Assembly (NCBI GenBank): GCA_051362555.1
Contig: JBPQGU010000016.1
Span: forward strand, 5,208,001 to 5,272,000
Source: Lingula anatina
Lineage: Eukaryota > Animalia > Brachiopoda
DNA length: 64,000 bases
Direction of reading: 5' to 3'
Position 1 is the stretch's first letter. Each line of letters begins with the position of its first letter. The translations under genes were made by a program, and so were the position numbers. The notes below the pieces were generated by a model. The model saw only the letters and a program-made list of their open reading frames with translations. It made no database searches and was not told the DNA's origin. This document shows, in pieces, positions 26,296 to 42,200 of this stretch.

Positions 26296-29200
26296 TCACC
26301 TCCACATAAGACCTCTAATTTTAAGTGGTGGAGGATACTTTGATCTGTAAAAATGTAATTATCTGCAATATTTGTGTATTATCTTTTGCTATAAAAAGAG
26401 AGAATTTTTATATTAAATTTATTTACAGACATGAATATATATATACAATTCCAATGCTGATTTTTAAAATTTTACTCAATTTTTAAACTTATAGCTTGTC
26501 TTTGTAAAGCAACGAGAAGCCTTATTTATCAGTGACAAACCTGTCTTCCACAGTAGGTAAGCTGTCTAGGCAGAGGTAATCTAGCACTAGTTGTACTAAG
26601 ATCTGTATCTGGTCTGGTGTAATGATTTCATGCCATTGCTTCAGAAAGAAATGGTGCAGCACTTCAGGGAGCCGAGCTAAGATGCGAGGGAATGAGGCAT
26701 GATTGCGGTTCTGTTCTATGATGTTCAGGAACCAGTAGGAAAAAGCTGGCCACTGGGAGGAAGACTGTAATAATGAAGATTCAATATACAACCCAACAAT
26801 GAATTGAATAGTTTTTTTCTATTTCTATCCTTGCATGCACACACAAGCACACACGCAGATATTGTTACATATATATATATATATATAAGCCCTTCAGAAA
26901 TATGCACATGGTTTTCAATAAAAAAGATACTTGGTGTACTTACCAATATTTTAGAAAAGTACTTGTTGTCTCCAGCATCTCCAAAGAAAATGTTGACTGA
27001 GATTGATGTGTCCAAAGATGTCACCTGGTGCCACCAAAAGGCTGGTATGAACAACCTGTAAAAATGACGACAAGCAAATGAAATCTTTTCAACTTTTGTT
27101 CTGTTTAAACTCTATCAACTACTGAGAAAAATCTTCAGAATGAAAAACATTGCCAGACATATTAAGGGAGTGTTAAACAATTTCTTTTAAATTATTCTTA
27201 AATCACAGTTTTCCTTCAAAAAAAAAAAAGAAAAAGAAAGAAAAAAGAAAAAAATTCTATTGCAACTGCTTTATTGTTAAATGAGAAATCAAATGTAATT
27301 AAGCTACTCATAAAACCCCAGATCCACTTACATATCCCCAGGGTCAAGGACACAATGATAACATGTGGCATTCCTGAACTCTGGGAACCTTTCTAAAGCA
27401 GGGTTATCACAGTTGACTTGTGCCTGTATGGTTTTCCCCTTGGATCCCTTAGGGTTGGGGTACATTGGTCTAAGATCACAGCCAAATAAACGCACTTGTT
27501 TTCTCCCTTGTATCATAACCAGGAAATTGTCATCAGGATCTATATGGCAGAACTCTGAAATGTGAAGGTTCACTTCATCTAAATCTAATCTAACAACCTT
27601 TTGAAATGATATTTTGTTGATAAGTTTCAGGTTAAACATAGTCATAATTGCATGACTTCTTTTTATCCACCTACCGGTAAGATCATACACAACTTACAGC
27701 AAATTTGATTTTTATTTAACTTATATTTGTTACTTTTTTCCCAAAATGTCCTTTAAATGAGAAAGAGGGAGAGAGAGAGAGAGATGTTAATCTAAGACCT
27801 TCACAAAAATACATGTACCCATGCATCTCATACAATAAATACCTACGTACCATAGTGTCCTTTCAGTGCTACCCACATATAGGGGCCAAGGTGAAGTTTT
27901 CCCACATAATCTGGCAATGGAACATCAGCCTTAAAGAATGGATGTGCATATTAACTCCAATTGCTATATAATATAACATGACATGATATGACATGACATA
28001 TAAAGCGATAACACTGATAGGCAATTTCAAAAAATACAGAAATAAATTGATTGAACATGTCAAAAAGGATGGGCGATGGGTTATACATAAAATTATATTA
28101 CGTACATAAAGAATGTGTAATGGATATTAATGTTTTTATTTTGTATATATGTCAAAGGCCCGGACCAAATCTAGTCCTATGTATAAAAAGCCCAGACCCC
28201 ATGTTAATTACGCCCTGGCTGGGCCCAATCTTTATGGTGTCTTTGCATTGTTAACAGCATAATGGGCAAGTTTTGGTCCGGGCCTTTAACATATACACGT
28301 ACCAGTACCTCAATCTGTGGAAAAGTCTGCTTGAGATTCTGCACTGCCATATAGGAGCTTCGTGCTCTTGCATTTTCTGCTTTTAGATCACTGACATAAT
28401 CATTAAAGGTTGTTTTCCTGATAACATAATTCTTCCCAGTCTGTAAAAAATTTAAGATGCTGTCATAAACTATTCCAACACTTTGAGTGTTAAACAACCA
28501 TAGATAATGTAGATGCAATCTTCAGATGCAATCTATTTTTAAAATTCTTACATGAATAATCTTGATAATTTAATTGTAACTTGTCAAACCCAACAGCTGT
28601 GTCCACACACGCAAGCACACACACACACATACCCTATAAGCATCCTCATTAGTTTGTCCTCTGACAATTATTTCATTATCACCAACTTTCTCACAAAGTG
28701 AGTCTAATGTCCACTTTCTAGCTAGCCAGTGATCAGTGGCGTCCTCAATTATCACAGGAACACCTTGAAAATAAAACCATAAGCTTTAAATACGTTATGA
28801 TGCGTCGAGCTTTGCTGTGGTAGCATATGGCAATTTCAATCAAAGTGTAAGCTCCAGACTTGACTCTTCAGCTACCAGTTTTCATGCAGCAATTTGAGCC
28901 GAGATCTGTGTTTCAAATGAAGAACAGGGCAATGTAGCCTAGAATGTATAGATGGACTTAGTTTAATCCTGATTTAATTGCTGTTTTTACTTTATTATGA
29001 ATTTCTAATGAGAGTAATCCAAGTTTTTGTTGCAGAGCTTACATTAAGTTTACAATAAAAAAATTTAGGAAACTATATTAAATTTGTAAATTTGCAAAGA
29101 ATACTAAACCAAGTTTCAAGTTTATTTTATATGTAACAGTAGACAAGAATAGTATTATTACATCATTTTACGTGGCTTTCATGTTTTCAGGGATAAGAAT

Positions 29201-31165
29201 GTCATTTCGTGAAAAAGTTAAAAAAATATGGCATGGGATCTGCCTAGGCCAATGATATCTGTCGGAAAAATCTCATCCCTGTGTTTTGGATTTATTTGTC
29301 ATGCCAAAATAGGCATATGTGCCTAAATAGGCACTAGTAATGTCTGGGCATTTACAAGAATGAAAAAACAGAACATTTTTAATTTGTTCAACACAATTGC
29401 ATTTCAAAACATATTCAAATACTGTAAATGAATTTAGAAATAACCATGAATGAGTTGTTGAAAAATGATGCATTCGCATTTGTAAATATTACCACTGCCT
29501 AATACAATGTACATGTAATGCAAATAACTGGTTTTCACACTGAAATAAATTTTTAACAAAACTACACCTTCTTTGTCATCATACCTGGCACATCTCAAAT
29601 TTACTTGTATAGTTCGTTTTAACTTCAAACAATTAATTTTGATGTTTCTCTTGAAAATATTTGTTATGAAGTTTAATTCTATTTGGCAGTTATCAGCCAA
29701 GTTATCAGTAGTACAGAGATCCTATACCTTTTAGACATACATATTTTAGCAAAGTATTTATATATTTGGAAGGGACAAATTACCCTGTAAAAGGTTAAGC
29801 CAAGGGGTTGCATTCCAGTACGTCCCCACACCGATACTCCTACGCACCATTATGTCCCTGTACCGATTCTCCTCAACATAGATACTACCCTATATTGATA
29901 CTCCCCACATCTTCATGTCCCCACTCTAATACTCCCCCACACTGTTACTCTACTACAGCATCGATTCCCTTAGAAATGTGATACCAAAAACACAATTTTA
30001 GATTTACAGCTTTTCTGTAATACAATTATTTTCAAAACTGCCCCACACTCTTAAGACCCAAAAGTATTGTAGAAAAATAAGGAAAGAAATACTTAAATTA
30101 ATCTGTTTTGAATCTTAGAACATGGTCAATCTTTCACATCAGACATTGTGCAACTCAGCTTAGTGATTTTTGAAAAGTGTCTGTATACTGCACTTAGTTC
30201 TTCAACAGTGGTTACTATATACAGATTACACAGTGACACCCTTTTTATCTATCTATTTATCTATTTATTCAATGTTCAATTGTTTTTCCAAAGATAAATA
30301 ATGCATAGTCTTTTCTTCAAGCGTTGCTCAATTTGTTGAATTATTGAGAAATAAAAAAAAGCAGTGTTTAATTAAGCTTTAAATTATCGCCTTTGTCTTC
30401 ATGGAAATGTGAGATTTAACAATTAACGCCGTCCCTTGGGCGATTCTAGGAACCACTAAAGAAGTTAATTGCACTGCAATAACTGTTTTTTTTTTCTTTT
30501 AGATTTTATTTGTAATAAAAATCCAGGAACACATATGCATGATTAACCCATGTATCTGGATCAGTATAAAGAACAAATTAGTGGAGAATTCCAATTAATG
30601 GGGAATTCCAATGTTAGCAAACATTTTCAACTCTTACTAACATTTGATGCCCATTTAAAAACAAAAACCCTGCCTTTTTTAAGGTATGCCACCTTCACCT
30701 GCCCAAAACGTCTACTAGTATATGCAGTAAAGACGAAGTATGGAGTACGTGACGGACTGCATGATGATACTCTTATTGCATGTATCAATTATACCATTAC
30801 CAGTAATTTATGAACGGTAGTACTAGTAGCGGTTGCGAAATACTTATTAAAAAAAATGTGAATGAATGTGTCAATATTTGCTAAGTTTTGCTTAAATAAA
30901 TAATTGAAGTGAATCGCAGTAGACACTACTTGGCAAGTCAGGTGAAATGCATTCTAAAGCAGACGACGGGGAAATATTTCGTAGCAGTTTGGGTTTCAGG
31001 GGCTCTCTAACGATCATGCCTCGTACAGAATAAGCAAGACACTGCTTCGTCATGGAATATACGACAAAACAAACCTTTACTGAGATATTTGTCTTCAAAT
31101 TCTGATTTTGACACATTTTTTGTTCTCTCGATGTGCACGTTGTTACTGCAACAAGGCAGCGCCAT
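26296..31165 (-). CDS. JmjC (cupin-fold) Fe(II)/2-oxoglutarate oxygenase of the JMJD5/TYW5/HSPBAP1-like group, 8 exons, 346 aa
   Basis: Exons 31165-31075, 28763-28633, 28440-28309, 27929-27851, 27554-27332, 27055-26944, 26764-26541 and 26344-26296 (1041 nt, in frame, GT-AG). Motifs: GVPVIIED, HxD in CHIDPDDNFL, GRKQVRLF, and LDPGDMLFIPAFWWHQV (third metal ligand). Exact orthologue not determined. Confidence 0.9.
28156..28285. mobile_element. 130-bp intronic MITE with Kolobok-like ends
   Basis: TIR AGGCCCGGACCAAA...TTTGGTCCGGGCCT flanked by TCAA and TTAA, consistent with a TTAA target site. Confidence 0.7.
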
Positions 31166-31386
31166 TTCTGCAAAAATTGCTACGTCATCAAAACTGGTTA
31201 AATACATTTTAAGTATGAAAGTTGCCTTTTTTTACACATATATTAAATATATGTTAGGTGCAAATACACATGCTTTATCTATATATATATATTGGTGAAT
31301 ATTCAGAATATTCAGAAAATGAAACAGAACTAGCTTTTAACTTGTGTCCACAAATATGATGACGAAGGGCACAACCGGCTATCAAC
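31166..31386. promoter_or_regulatory. Bidirectional promoter and 5' UTR region shared by the JmjC gene and POLR2F
   Basis: The divergent ATGs at 31165 (-) and 31387 (+) are separated by only 221 bp. Confidence 0.75.
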
Positions 31387-33373
<1,987 letters not shown>

Positions 33374-33451
33374 CACAAGTCAATCAGTTGGTGGAGAATG
33401 TATATACTGATCATTGGAGTACAAACCTCTCACAGTTGAAAGGCCATAGGT

Positions 33452-33509
<58 letters not shown>

Positions 33510-33937
33510 CCAAGTGGTCATCTTGGGATGGTTGAGTTATCCCTGAACTGCTTAGTGGCCAATTGGGGAGTTAGGGCTATTGGACATATTACCACTTTGA
33601 TCCTTGGTAGAGTGGTAACCTATATAGAAACAAATTGTACATTTTTGTGTCATTGCAATAAGCCCTTTATTTACAATGAAAGTTGGATACATGTTTGTAA
33701 TGTGAAAGAAAGACCTATTGTATTTTAACAGAAACTCTCCTTTTGTAATTTCATTTTTCCTTGGTTTTGAGAAAACATTTTTGTAGGATTGTGCAAACTT
33801 TGGATTGTGGAAACTTTGAGGACTGGAGCATCGATGAACTTATTATTAATGATGTATGACACAAGTCAATCAGTTGGTGGAGAATGTATATACTGATCAT
33901 TGGAGTACAAACCTCTCACAGTTGAAAGGCCATAGGT

Positions 33938-33968
<31 letters not shown>

Positions 33969-34714
33969 ACCAAGTGGTCATCTTGGGATGGTTGAGTTAT
34001 CCCTGAACTGCTTAGTGGCCAATTGGGGAGTTAGGGCTATTGGACATATTACCACTTTGATCCTTGGTAGAGTGGTAACCTATATAGAAACAAATTGTAC
34101 ATTTTTGTGTCATTGCAATAAGCCCTTTATTTACAATGAAAGTTGGATACATGTTTGTAATGTGAAAGAAAGACCTATTGTATTTTAACAGAAACTCTCC
34201 TTTTGTAATTTCATTTTTCCTTGGTTTTGAGAAAACATTTTTGTAGGATTGTGCAAACTGAGGAATGTCAGTTGACAATGTTATATGTTTTTAATAAAGG
34301 ATTTTATACTTTGTACCTGAGCTGTTTTGATTACATGAAAATTTCTGATTTTCATTTTTAAATTTAATTTAATTTAAAAATAAAAAGCAATTCGTGCTAT
34401 GGTGATGTTACATATTTATTTACTTCTTCCTACAGAATGTCAGCACCAAGAACGGCATTATGAAAGGTGTTGTTATTTTAAAGGCGAAAAATTGGAGAAA
34501 ACCATTTAGTGAGATTTTATATGGTGAGCAATGTGAGAATAACAAACTAACCCTTATTACCACCACCATACATGGACATAACTAGACAGCAAAGCTGACA
34601 AATATACAGACACAATAAAGGAGACAAGGCAGCAAAGCTGACAAATATTCAGACATTCAGATGCAGAAAAGAGTGCACCAAATAATGTTTTGGCCAATTT
34701 TGATGCACTAATAG

Positions 34715-36150
34715 CAGTGTTCATTCTAGGACGCGCCCTTGCGTCATTGACGCAGAAAAAATGTGGTTGACGCAATTCGTAGAGCGAGCTGCGCCAACAA
34801 AATTCAAGAGAATTAACAGCGGCGCATTTTTGTGTTCTAAACGCGCCCTCCAATTCAGCAAATTCACGGCCGAAGTTTGATTGTTTACTCGACTTCTCTT
34901 GACATCAAGATCTAATGTTAAACGTAACGAAGATATTCTTTACTCGTCGCAGTTTTAACAAAGATCTTAATTTATGTTGACGTCATGCGCTTTATGCAAA
35001 TCAGTGGCGATCGCCCCTCCTTTTTTGAATCCCTGATAGGCTGAGATTAATTGTCCATGTAGGTCAATTTGATCAACCCGTACATTGTGCATGGTGGCGG
35101 AGAAGAAGTGAAATGGTATTTTAGTTTTTAAAAGAAAATCGATCCCGAAGATCACTCTAAAACGGCTCAGAACAGTAGCGACGGAGATGATCATGCACAG
35201 CAGACATTCCCACCAGAAAAGAGAACAAAAGTTTGTGCAGCCGTCACGACCGCTGATACCGCGTCGAATAGCAAGGTCGTTTCAAAAATGGTGGAGAAAT
35301 ACAAGTGGCTTGTACACGACGATAACGCAAACTTGGTGTATTGCAGCTTATGCATTGAAAAAAAGGACAATATCTTCTTTCAAGGGACTAATAAATTTCG
35401 AACGAATACCCTTATGCGACATGAGACGTGCGCTGCCATGCAAGAAACGTCGGAAGCAGCTCAAGCTAAACAGGCTTTTTGCAGAGCTTTAGAAGGTAAG
35501 ATATTATTTTTTGTCAATATTTTTTATAACACAGAGCAATAAACATCAAAGTGATTATCGTGACGGTCCCGGACCCACGTGTTGTAATTATATTTGTGCA
35601 GTTTGAGGAACTCTTGACAGTGCATTCTGGGATATCGCAATGTTAAACAACTATGTAAACAATGTGTTTGCTGCGTCGCATTGACATAGGGCGTCAAGCT
35701 CATGCTATTTCCCAGAACCTTATTTTTTGTATATATAGGTAAAATTTTTCACATTCATTTTTCATAATTTTATTGTGTTGAGAGATTTGGTCTCAGTTCA
35801 TGGTGATTAAGGGAAAAATAAAGTAAGGGATAGTGTGCTGGAGTATTCTTTGTGGATACCTTCAACACTACTAAACATTTTATGCAGATTTTTATGCCAA
35901 AATTCAAATTTAATTGTAACTTTTATAACAATTCTAGGTAAAGATGGAGCAATCATGGCAGTGGTGAAATCGGTTTACTGGATTGTTTAAGAGGGCATTG
36001 CAATTCACAAGTTCGGAAGGACTTAAATGTTGTCTGGTAAACCTGGCAGCTAAATTGAAGAATTTCTCCTGAAAGTGGGGAAAAGGTCATTGTCAATTCT
36101 CCAGGGACCACCTTGTGACTTGTGCTAATTATGAGAAACAGTGCAAGGCA
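34715..36150 (+). mobile_element. Truncated, degenerate hAT-type transposon with a ZNF862-like transposase remnant
   Basis: Candidate left end CAGTGTTCATTCTAG. Frameshifted N-terminal zinc finger RSFQK..EKYKWLVHDDNANLVYCSLCIEKKDNIFFQGTNKFRTNTLMRHE (35276-35425). The next exon reads AIMAVVKSVYWIV*EGIAIHKF (~35950-36015) with an in-frame stop. Confidence 0.65.
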
Positions 36151-36151
36151 A

Positions 36152-36257
36152 AACCCTAAACCCTAACCCTAACCCTAACCCTAACCCTAACCCTAACCCT
36201 AACCCTAACCCTAACCCTAACCCTAACCCTAACCCTAACCCTAACCCTAACCTAACC

Positions 36258-36298
<41 letters not shown>

Positions 36299-39200
36299 CC
36301 CTAACCCTAACCCTAACCCTAACCCTAACCCTAACCCTAACCCTAACCCTAACCCTAACCCTAACCCTAACCTAACCCTAACCCTAACCCTAACCCTAAC
36401 CCTAACCCTAACCCTAACCCTAACCCTAACCCTAACCCTAACCCTAACCCTAACCCTAACCCTAACCCTAACCCTAACCTAACCCTAACCCTAACCCCTA
36501 ACCCTAACCCTAACCCTAACCCTAACCCTAACCCTAACCCTAACCCTAACCCTAACCCTAACCCTAACCCTAACCCTAACCCTAACCCTAACCCTAACCC
36601 TAACCCTAACCCTAACCCTAACCCTAACCCTAACCCTAACCCTAACCCTAACCCTAACCCTAACCCTAACCCTAACCCTAACCCTAACCCTAACCCTAAC
36701 CCTAACCCTAACCCTAACCCTAACCCTAACCCTAACCCTAACCCTAACCCTAACCCTAACCCTAACCCTAACCCTAACCCTAACCCTAACCCTAACCCTA
36801 ACCCTAACCCTAACCCTAACCCTAACCCTAACCCTAACCCTAACCCTAACCCTAACCCTAACCCTAACCCTAACCCTAACCCTAACCCTAACCCTAACCC
36901 TAACCCTAACCCTAACCCTAACCCTAACCCTAACCCTAACCCTAACCCTAACCCTAACCCTAACCCTAACCCTAACCCTAACCCTAACCCTAACCCTAAC
37001 CCTAACCCTAACCCTAACCCTAACCCTAACCCTAACCCTAACCCTAACCCTAACCCTAACCCTAACCCTAACCCTAACCCTAACCCTAACCCTAACCCTA
37101 ACCCTAACCCTAACCCTAACCCTAACCCTAACCCTAACCCTAACCCTAACCCTAACCCTAACCCTAACCCTAACCCTAACCCTAACCCTAACCCTAACCC
37201 TAACCCTAACCCTAACCCTAACCCTAACCCTAACCCTAACCCTAACCCTAACCCTAACCCTAACCCTAACCCTAACCCTAACCCTAACCCTAACCCTAAC
37301 CCTAACCCTAACCCTAACCCTAACCCTAACCCTAACCCTAACCCTAACCCTAACCCTAACCCTAACCCTAACCCTAACCCTAACCCTAACCCTAACCCTA
37401 ACCCTAACCCTAACCCTAACCCTAACCCTAACCCTAACCCTAACCCTAACCCTAACCCTAACCCTAACCCTAACCCTAACCCTAACCCTAACCCTAACCC
37501 TAACCCTAACCCTAACCCTAACCCTAACCCTAACCCTAACCCTAACCCTAACCCTAACCCTAACCCTAACCCTAACCCTAACCCTAACCCTAACCCTAAC
37601 CCTAACCCTAACCCTAACCCTAACCCTAACCCTAACCCTAACCCTAACCCTAACCCTAACCCTAACCCTAACCCTAACCCTAACCCTAACCCTAACCCTA
37701 ACCCTAACCCTAACCCTAACCCTAACCCTAACCCTAACCCTAACCCTAACCCTAACCCTAACCCTAACCCTAACCCTAACCCTAACCCTAACCCTAACCC
37801 TAACCCTAACCCTAACCCTAACCCTAACCCTAACCCTAACCCTAACCCTAACCCTAACCCTAACCCTAACCCTAACCCTAACCCTAACCCTAACCCTAAC
37901 CCTAACCCTAACCCTAACCCTAACCCTAACCCTAACCCTAACCCTAACCCTAACCCTAACCCTAACCCTAACCCTAACCCTAACCCTAACCCTAACCCTA
38001 ACCCTAACCCTAACCCTAACCCTAACCCTAACCCTAACCCTAACCCTAACCCTAACCCTAACCCTAACCCTAACCCTAACCCTAACCCTAACCCTAACCC
38101 TAACCCTAACCCTAACCCTAACCCTAACCCTAACCCTAACCCTAACCCTAACCCTAACCCTAACCCTAACCCTAACCCTAACCCTAACCCTAACCCTAAC
38201 CCTAACCCTAACCCTAACCCTAACCCTAACCCTAACCCTAACCCTAACCCTAACCCTAACCCTAACCCTAACCCTAACCCTAACCCTAACCCTAACCCTA
38301 ACCCTAACCCTAACCCTAACCCTAACCCTAACCCTAACCCTAACCCTAACCCTAACCCTAACCCTAACCCTAACCCTAACCCTAACCCTAACCCTAACCC
38401 TAACCCTAACCCTAACCCTAACCCTAACCCTAACCCTAACCCTAACCCTAACCCTAACCCTAACCCTAACCCTAACCCTAACCCTAACCCTAACCCTAAC
38501 CCTAACCCTAACCCTAACCCTAACCCTAACCCTAACCCTAACCCTAACCCTAACCCTAACCCTAACCCTAACCCTAACCCTAACCCTAACCCTAACCCTA
38601 ACCCTAACCCTAACCCTAACCCTAACCCTAACCCTAACCCTAACCCTAACCCTAACCCTAACCCTAACCCTAACCCTAACCCTAACCCTAACCCTAACCC
38701 TAACCCTAACCCTAACCCTAACCCTAACCCTAACCCTAACCCTAACCCTAACCCTAACCCTAACCCTAACCCTAACCCTAACCCTAACCCTAACCCTAAC
38801 CCTAACCCTAACCCTAACCCTAACCCTAACCCTAACCCTAACCCTAACCCTAACCCTAACCCTAACCCTAACCCTAACCCTAACCCTAACCCTAACCCTA
38901 ACCCTAACCCTAACCCTAACCCTAACCCTAACCCTAACCCTAACCCTAACCCTAACCCTAACCCTAACCCTAACCCTAACCCTAACCCTAACCCTAACCC
39001 TAACCCTAACCCTAACCCTAACCCTAACCCTAACCCTAACCCTAACCCTAACCCTAACCCTAACCCTAACCCTAACCCTAACCCTAACCCTAACCCTAAC
39101 CCTAACCCTAACCCTAACCCTAACCCTAACCCTAACCCTAACCCTAACCCTAACCCTAACCCTAACCCTAACCCTAACCCTAACCCTAACCCTAACCCTA

Positions 39201-42200
39201 ACCCTAACCCTAACCCTAACCCTAACCCTAACCCTAACCCTAACCCTAACCCTAACCCTAACCCTAACCCTAACCCTAACCCTAACCCTAACCCTAACCC
39301 TAACCCTAACCCTAACCCTAACCCTAACCCTAACCCTAACCCTAACCCTAACCCTAACCCTAACCCTAACCCTAACCCTAACCCTAACCCTAACCCTAAC
39401 CCTAACCCTAACCCTAACCCTAACCCTAACCCTAACCCTAACCCTAACCCTAACCCTAACCCTAACCCTAACCCTAACCCTAACCCTAACCCTAACCCTA
39501 ACCCTAACCCTAACCCTAACCCTAACCCTAACCCTAACCCTAACCCTAACCCTAACCCTAACCCTAACCCTAACCCTAACCCTAACCCTAACCCTAACCC
39601 TAACCCTAACCCTAACCCTAACCCTAACCCTAACCCTAACCCTAACCCTAACCCTAACCCTAACCCTAACCCTAACCCTAACCCTAACCCTAACCCTAAC
39701 CCTAACCCTAACCCTAACCCTAACCCTAACCCTAACCCTAACCCTAACCCTAACCCTAACCCTAACCCTAACCCTAACCCTAACCCTAACCCTAACCCTA
39801 ACCCTAACCCTAACCCTAACCCTAACCCTAACCCTAACCCTAACCCTAACCCTAACCCTAACCCTAACCCTAACCCTAACCCTAACCCTAACCCTAACCC
39901 TAACCCTAACCCTAACCCTAACCCTAACCCTAACCCTAACCCTAACCCTAACCCTAACCCTAACCCTAACCCTAACCCTAACCCTAACCCTAACCCTAAC
40001 CCTAACCCTAACCCTAACCCTAACCCTAACCCTAACCCTAACCCTAACCCTAACCCTAACCCTAACCCTAACCCTAACCCTAACCCTAACCCTAACCCTA
40101 ACCCTAACCCTAACCCTAACCCTAACCCTAACCCTAACCCTAACCCTAACCCTAACCCTAACCCTAACCCTAACCCTAACCCTAACCCTAACCCTAACCC
40201 TAACCCTAACCCTAACCCTAACCCTAACCCTAACCCTAACCCTAACCCTAACCCTAACCCTAACCCTAACCCTAACCCTAACCCTAACCCTAACCCTAAC
40301 CCTAACCCTAACCCTAACCCTAACCCTAACCCTAACCCTAACCCTAACCCTAACCCTAACCCTAACCCTAACCCTAACCCTAACCCTAACCCTAACCCTA
40401 ACCCTAACCCTAACCCTAACCCTAACCCTAACCCTAACCCTAACCCTAACCCTAACCCTAACCCTAACCCTAACCCTAACCCTAACCCTAACCCTAACCC
40501 TAACCCTAACCCTAACCCTAACCCTAACCCTAACCCTAACCCTAACCCTAACCCTAACCCTAACCCTAACCCTAACCCTAACCCTAACCCTAACCCTAAC
40601 CCTAACCCTAACCCTAACCCTAACCCTAACCCTAACCCTAACCCTAACCCTAACCCTAACCCTAACCCTAACCCTAACCCTAACCCTAACCCTAACCCTA
40701 ACCCTAACCCTAACCCTAACCCTAACCCTAACCCTAACCCTAACCCTAACCCTAACCCTAACCCTAACCCTAACCCTAACCCTAACCCTAACCCTAACCC
40801 TAACCCTAACCCTAACCCTAACCCTAACCCTAACCCTAACCCTAACCCTAACCCTAACCCTAACCCTAACCCTAACCCTAACCCTAACCCTAACCCTAAC
40901 CCTAACCCTAACCCTAACCCTAACCCTAACCCTAACCCTAACCCTAACCCTAACCCTAACCCTAACCCTAACCCTAACCCTAACCCTAACCCTAACCCTA
41001 ACCCTAACCCTAACCCTAACCCTAACCCTAACCCTAACCCTAACCCTAACCCTAACCCTAACCCTAACCCTAACCCTAACCCTAACCCTAACCCTAACCC
41101 TAACCCTAACCCTAACCCTAACCCTAACCCTAACCCTAACCCTAACCCTAACCCTAACCCTAACCCTAACCCTAACCCTAACCCTAACCCTAACCCTAAC
41201 CCTAACCCTAACCCTAACCCTAACCCTAACCCTAACCCTAACCCTAACCCTAACCCTAACCCTAACCCTAACCCTAACCCTAACCCTAACCCTAACCCTA
41301 ACCCTAACCCTAACCCTAACCCTAACCCTAACCCTAACCCTAACCCTAACCCTAACCCTAACCCTAACCCTAACCCTAACCCTAACCCTAACCCTAACCC
41401 TAACCCTAACCCTAACCCTAACCCTAACCCTAACCCTAACCCTAACCCTAACCCTAACCCTAACCCTAACCCTAACCCTAACCCTAACCCTAACCCTAAC
41501 CCTAACCCTAACCCTAACCCTAACCCTAACCCTAACCCTAACCCTAACCCTAACCCTAACCCTAACCCTAACCCTAACCCTAACCCTAACCCTAACCCTA
41601 ACCCTAACCCTAACCCTAACCCTAACCCTAACCCTAACCCTAACCCTAACCCTAACCCTAACCCTAACCCTAACCCTAACCCTAACCCTAACCCTAACCC
41701 TAACCCTAACCCTAACCCTAACCCTAACCCTAACCCTAACCCTAACCCTAACCCTAACCCTAACCCTAACCCTAACCCTAACCCTAACCCTAACCCTAAC
41801 CCTAACCCTAACCCTAACCCTAACCCTAACCCTAACCCTAACCCTAACCCTAACCCTAACCCTAACCCTAACCCTAACCCTAACCCTAACCCTAACCCTA
41901 ACCCTAACCCTAACCCTAACCCTAACCCTAACCCTAACCCTAACCCTAACCCTAACCCTAACCCTAACCCTAACCCTAACCCTAACCCTAACCCTAACCC
42001 TAACCCTAACCCTAACCCTAACCCTAACCCTAACCCTAACCCTAACCCTAACCCTAACCCTAACCCTAACCCTAACCCTAACCCTAACCCTAACCCTAAC
42101 CCTAACCCTAACCCTAACCCTAACCCTAACCCTAACCCTAACCCTAACCCTAACCCTAACCCTAACCCTAACCCTAACCCTAACCCTAACCCTAACCCTA

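Noticed and set aside
36141-36482. 113-aa NPNP/LTLT ORF
   Set aside because: It is a translation of the telomeric repeat.
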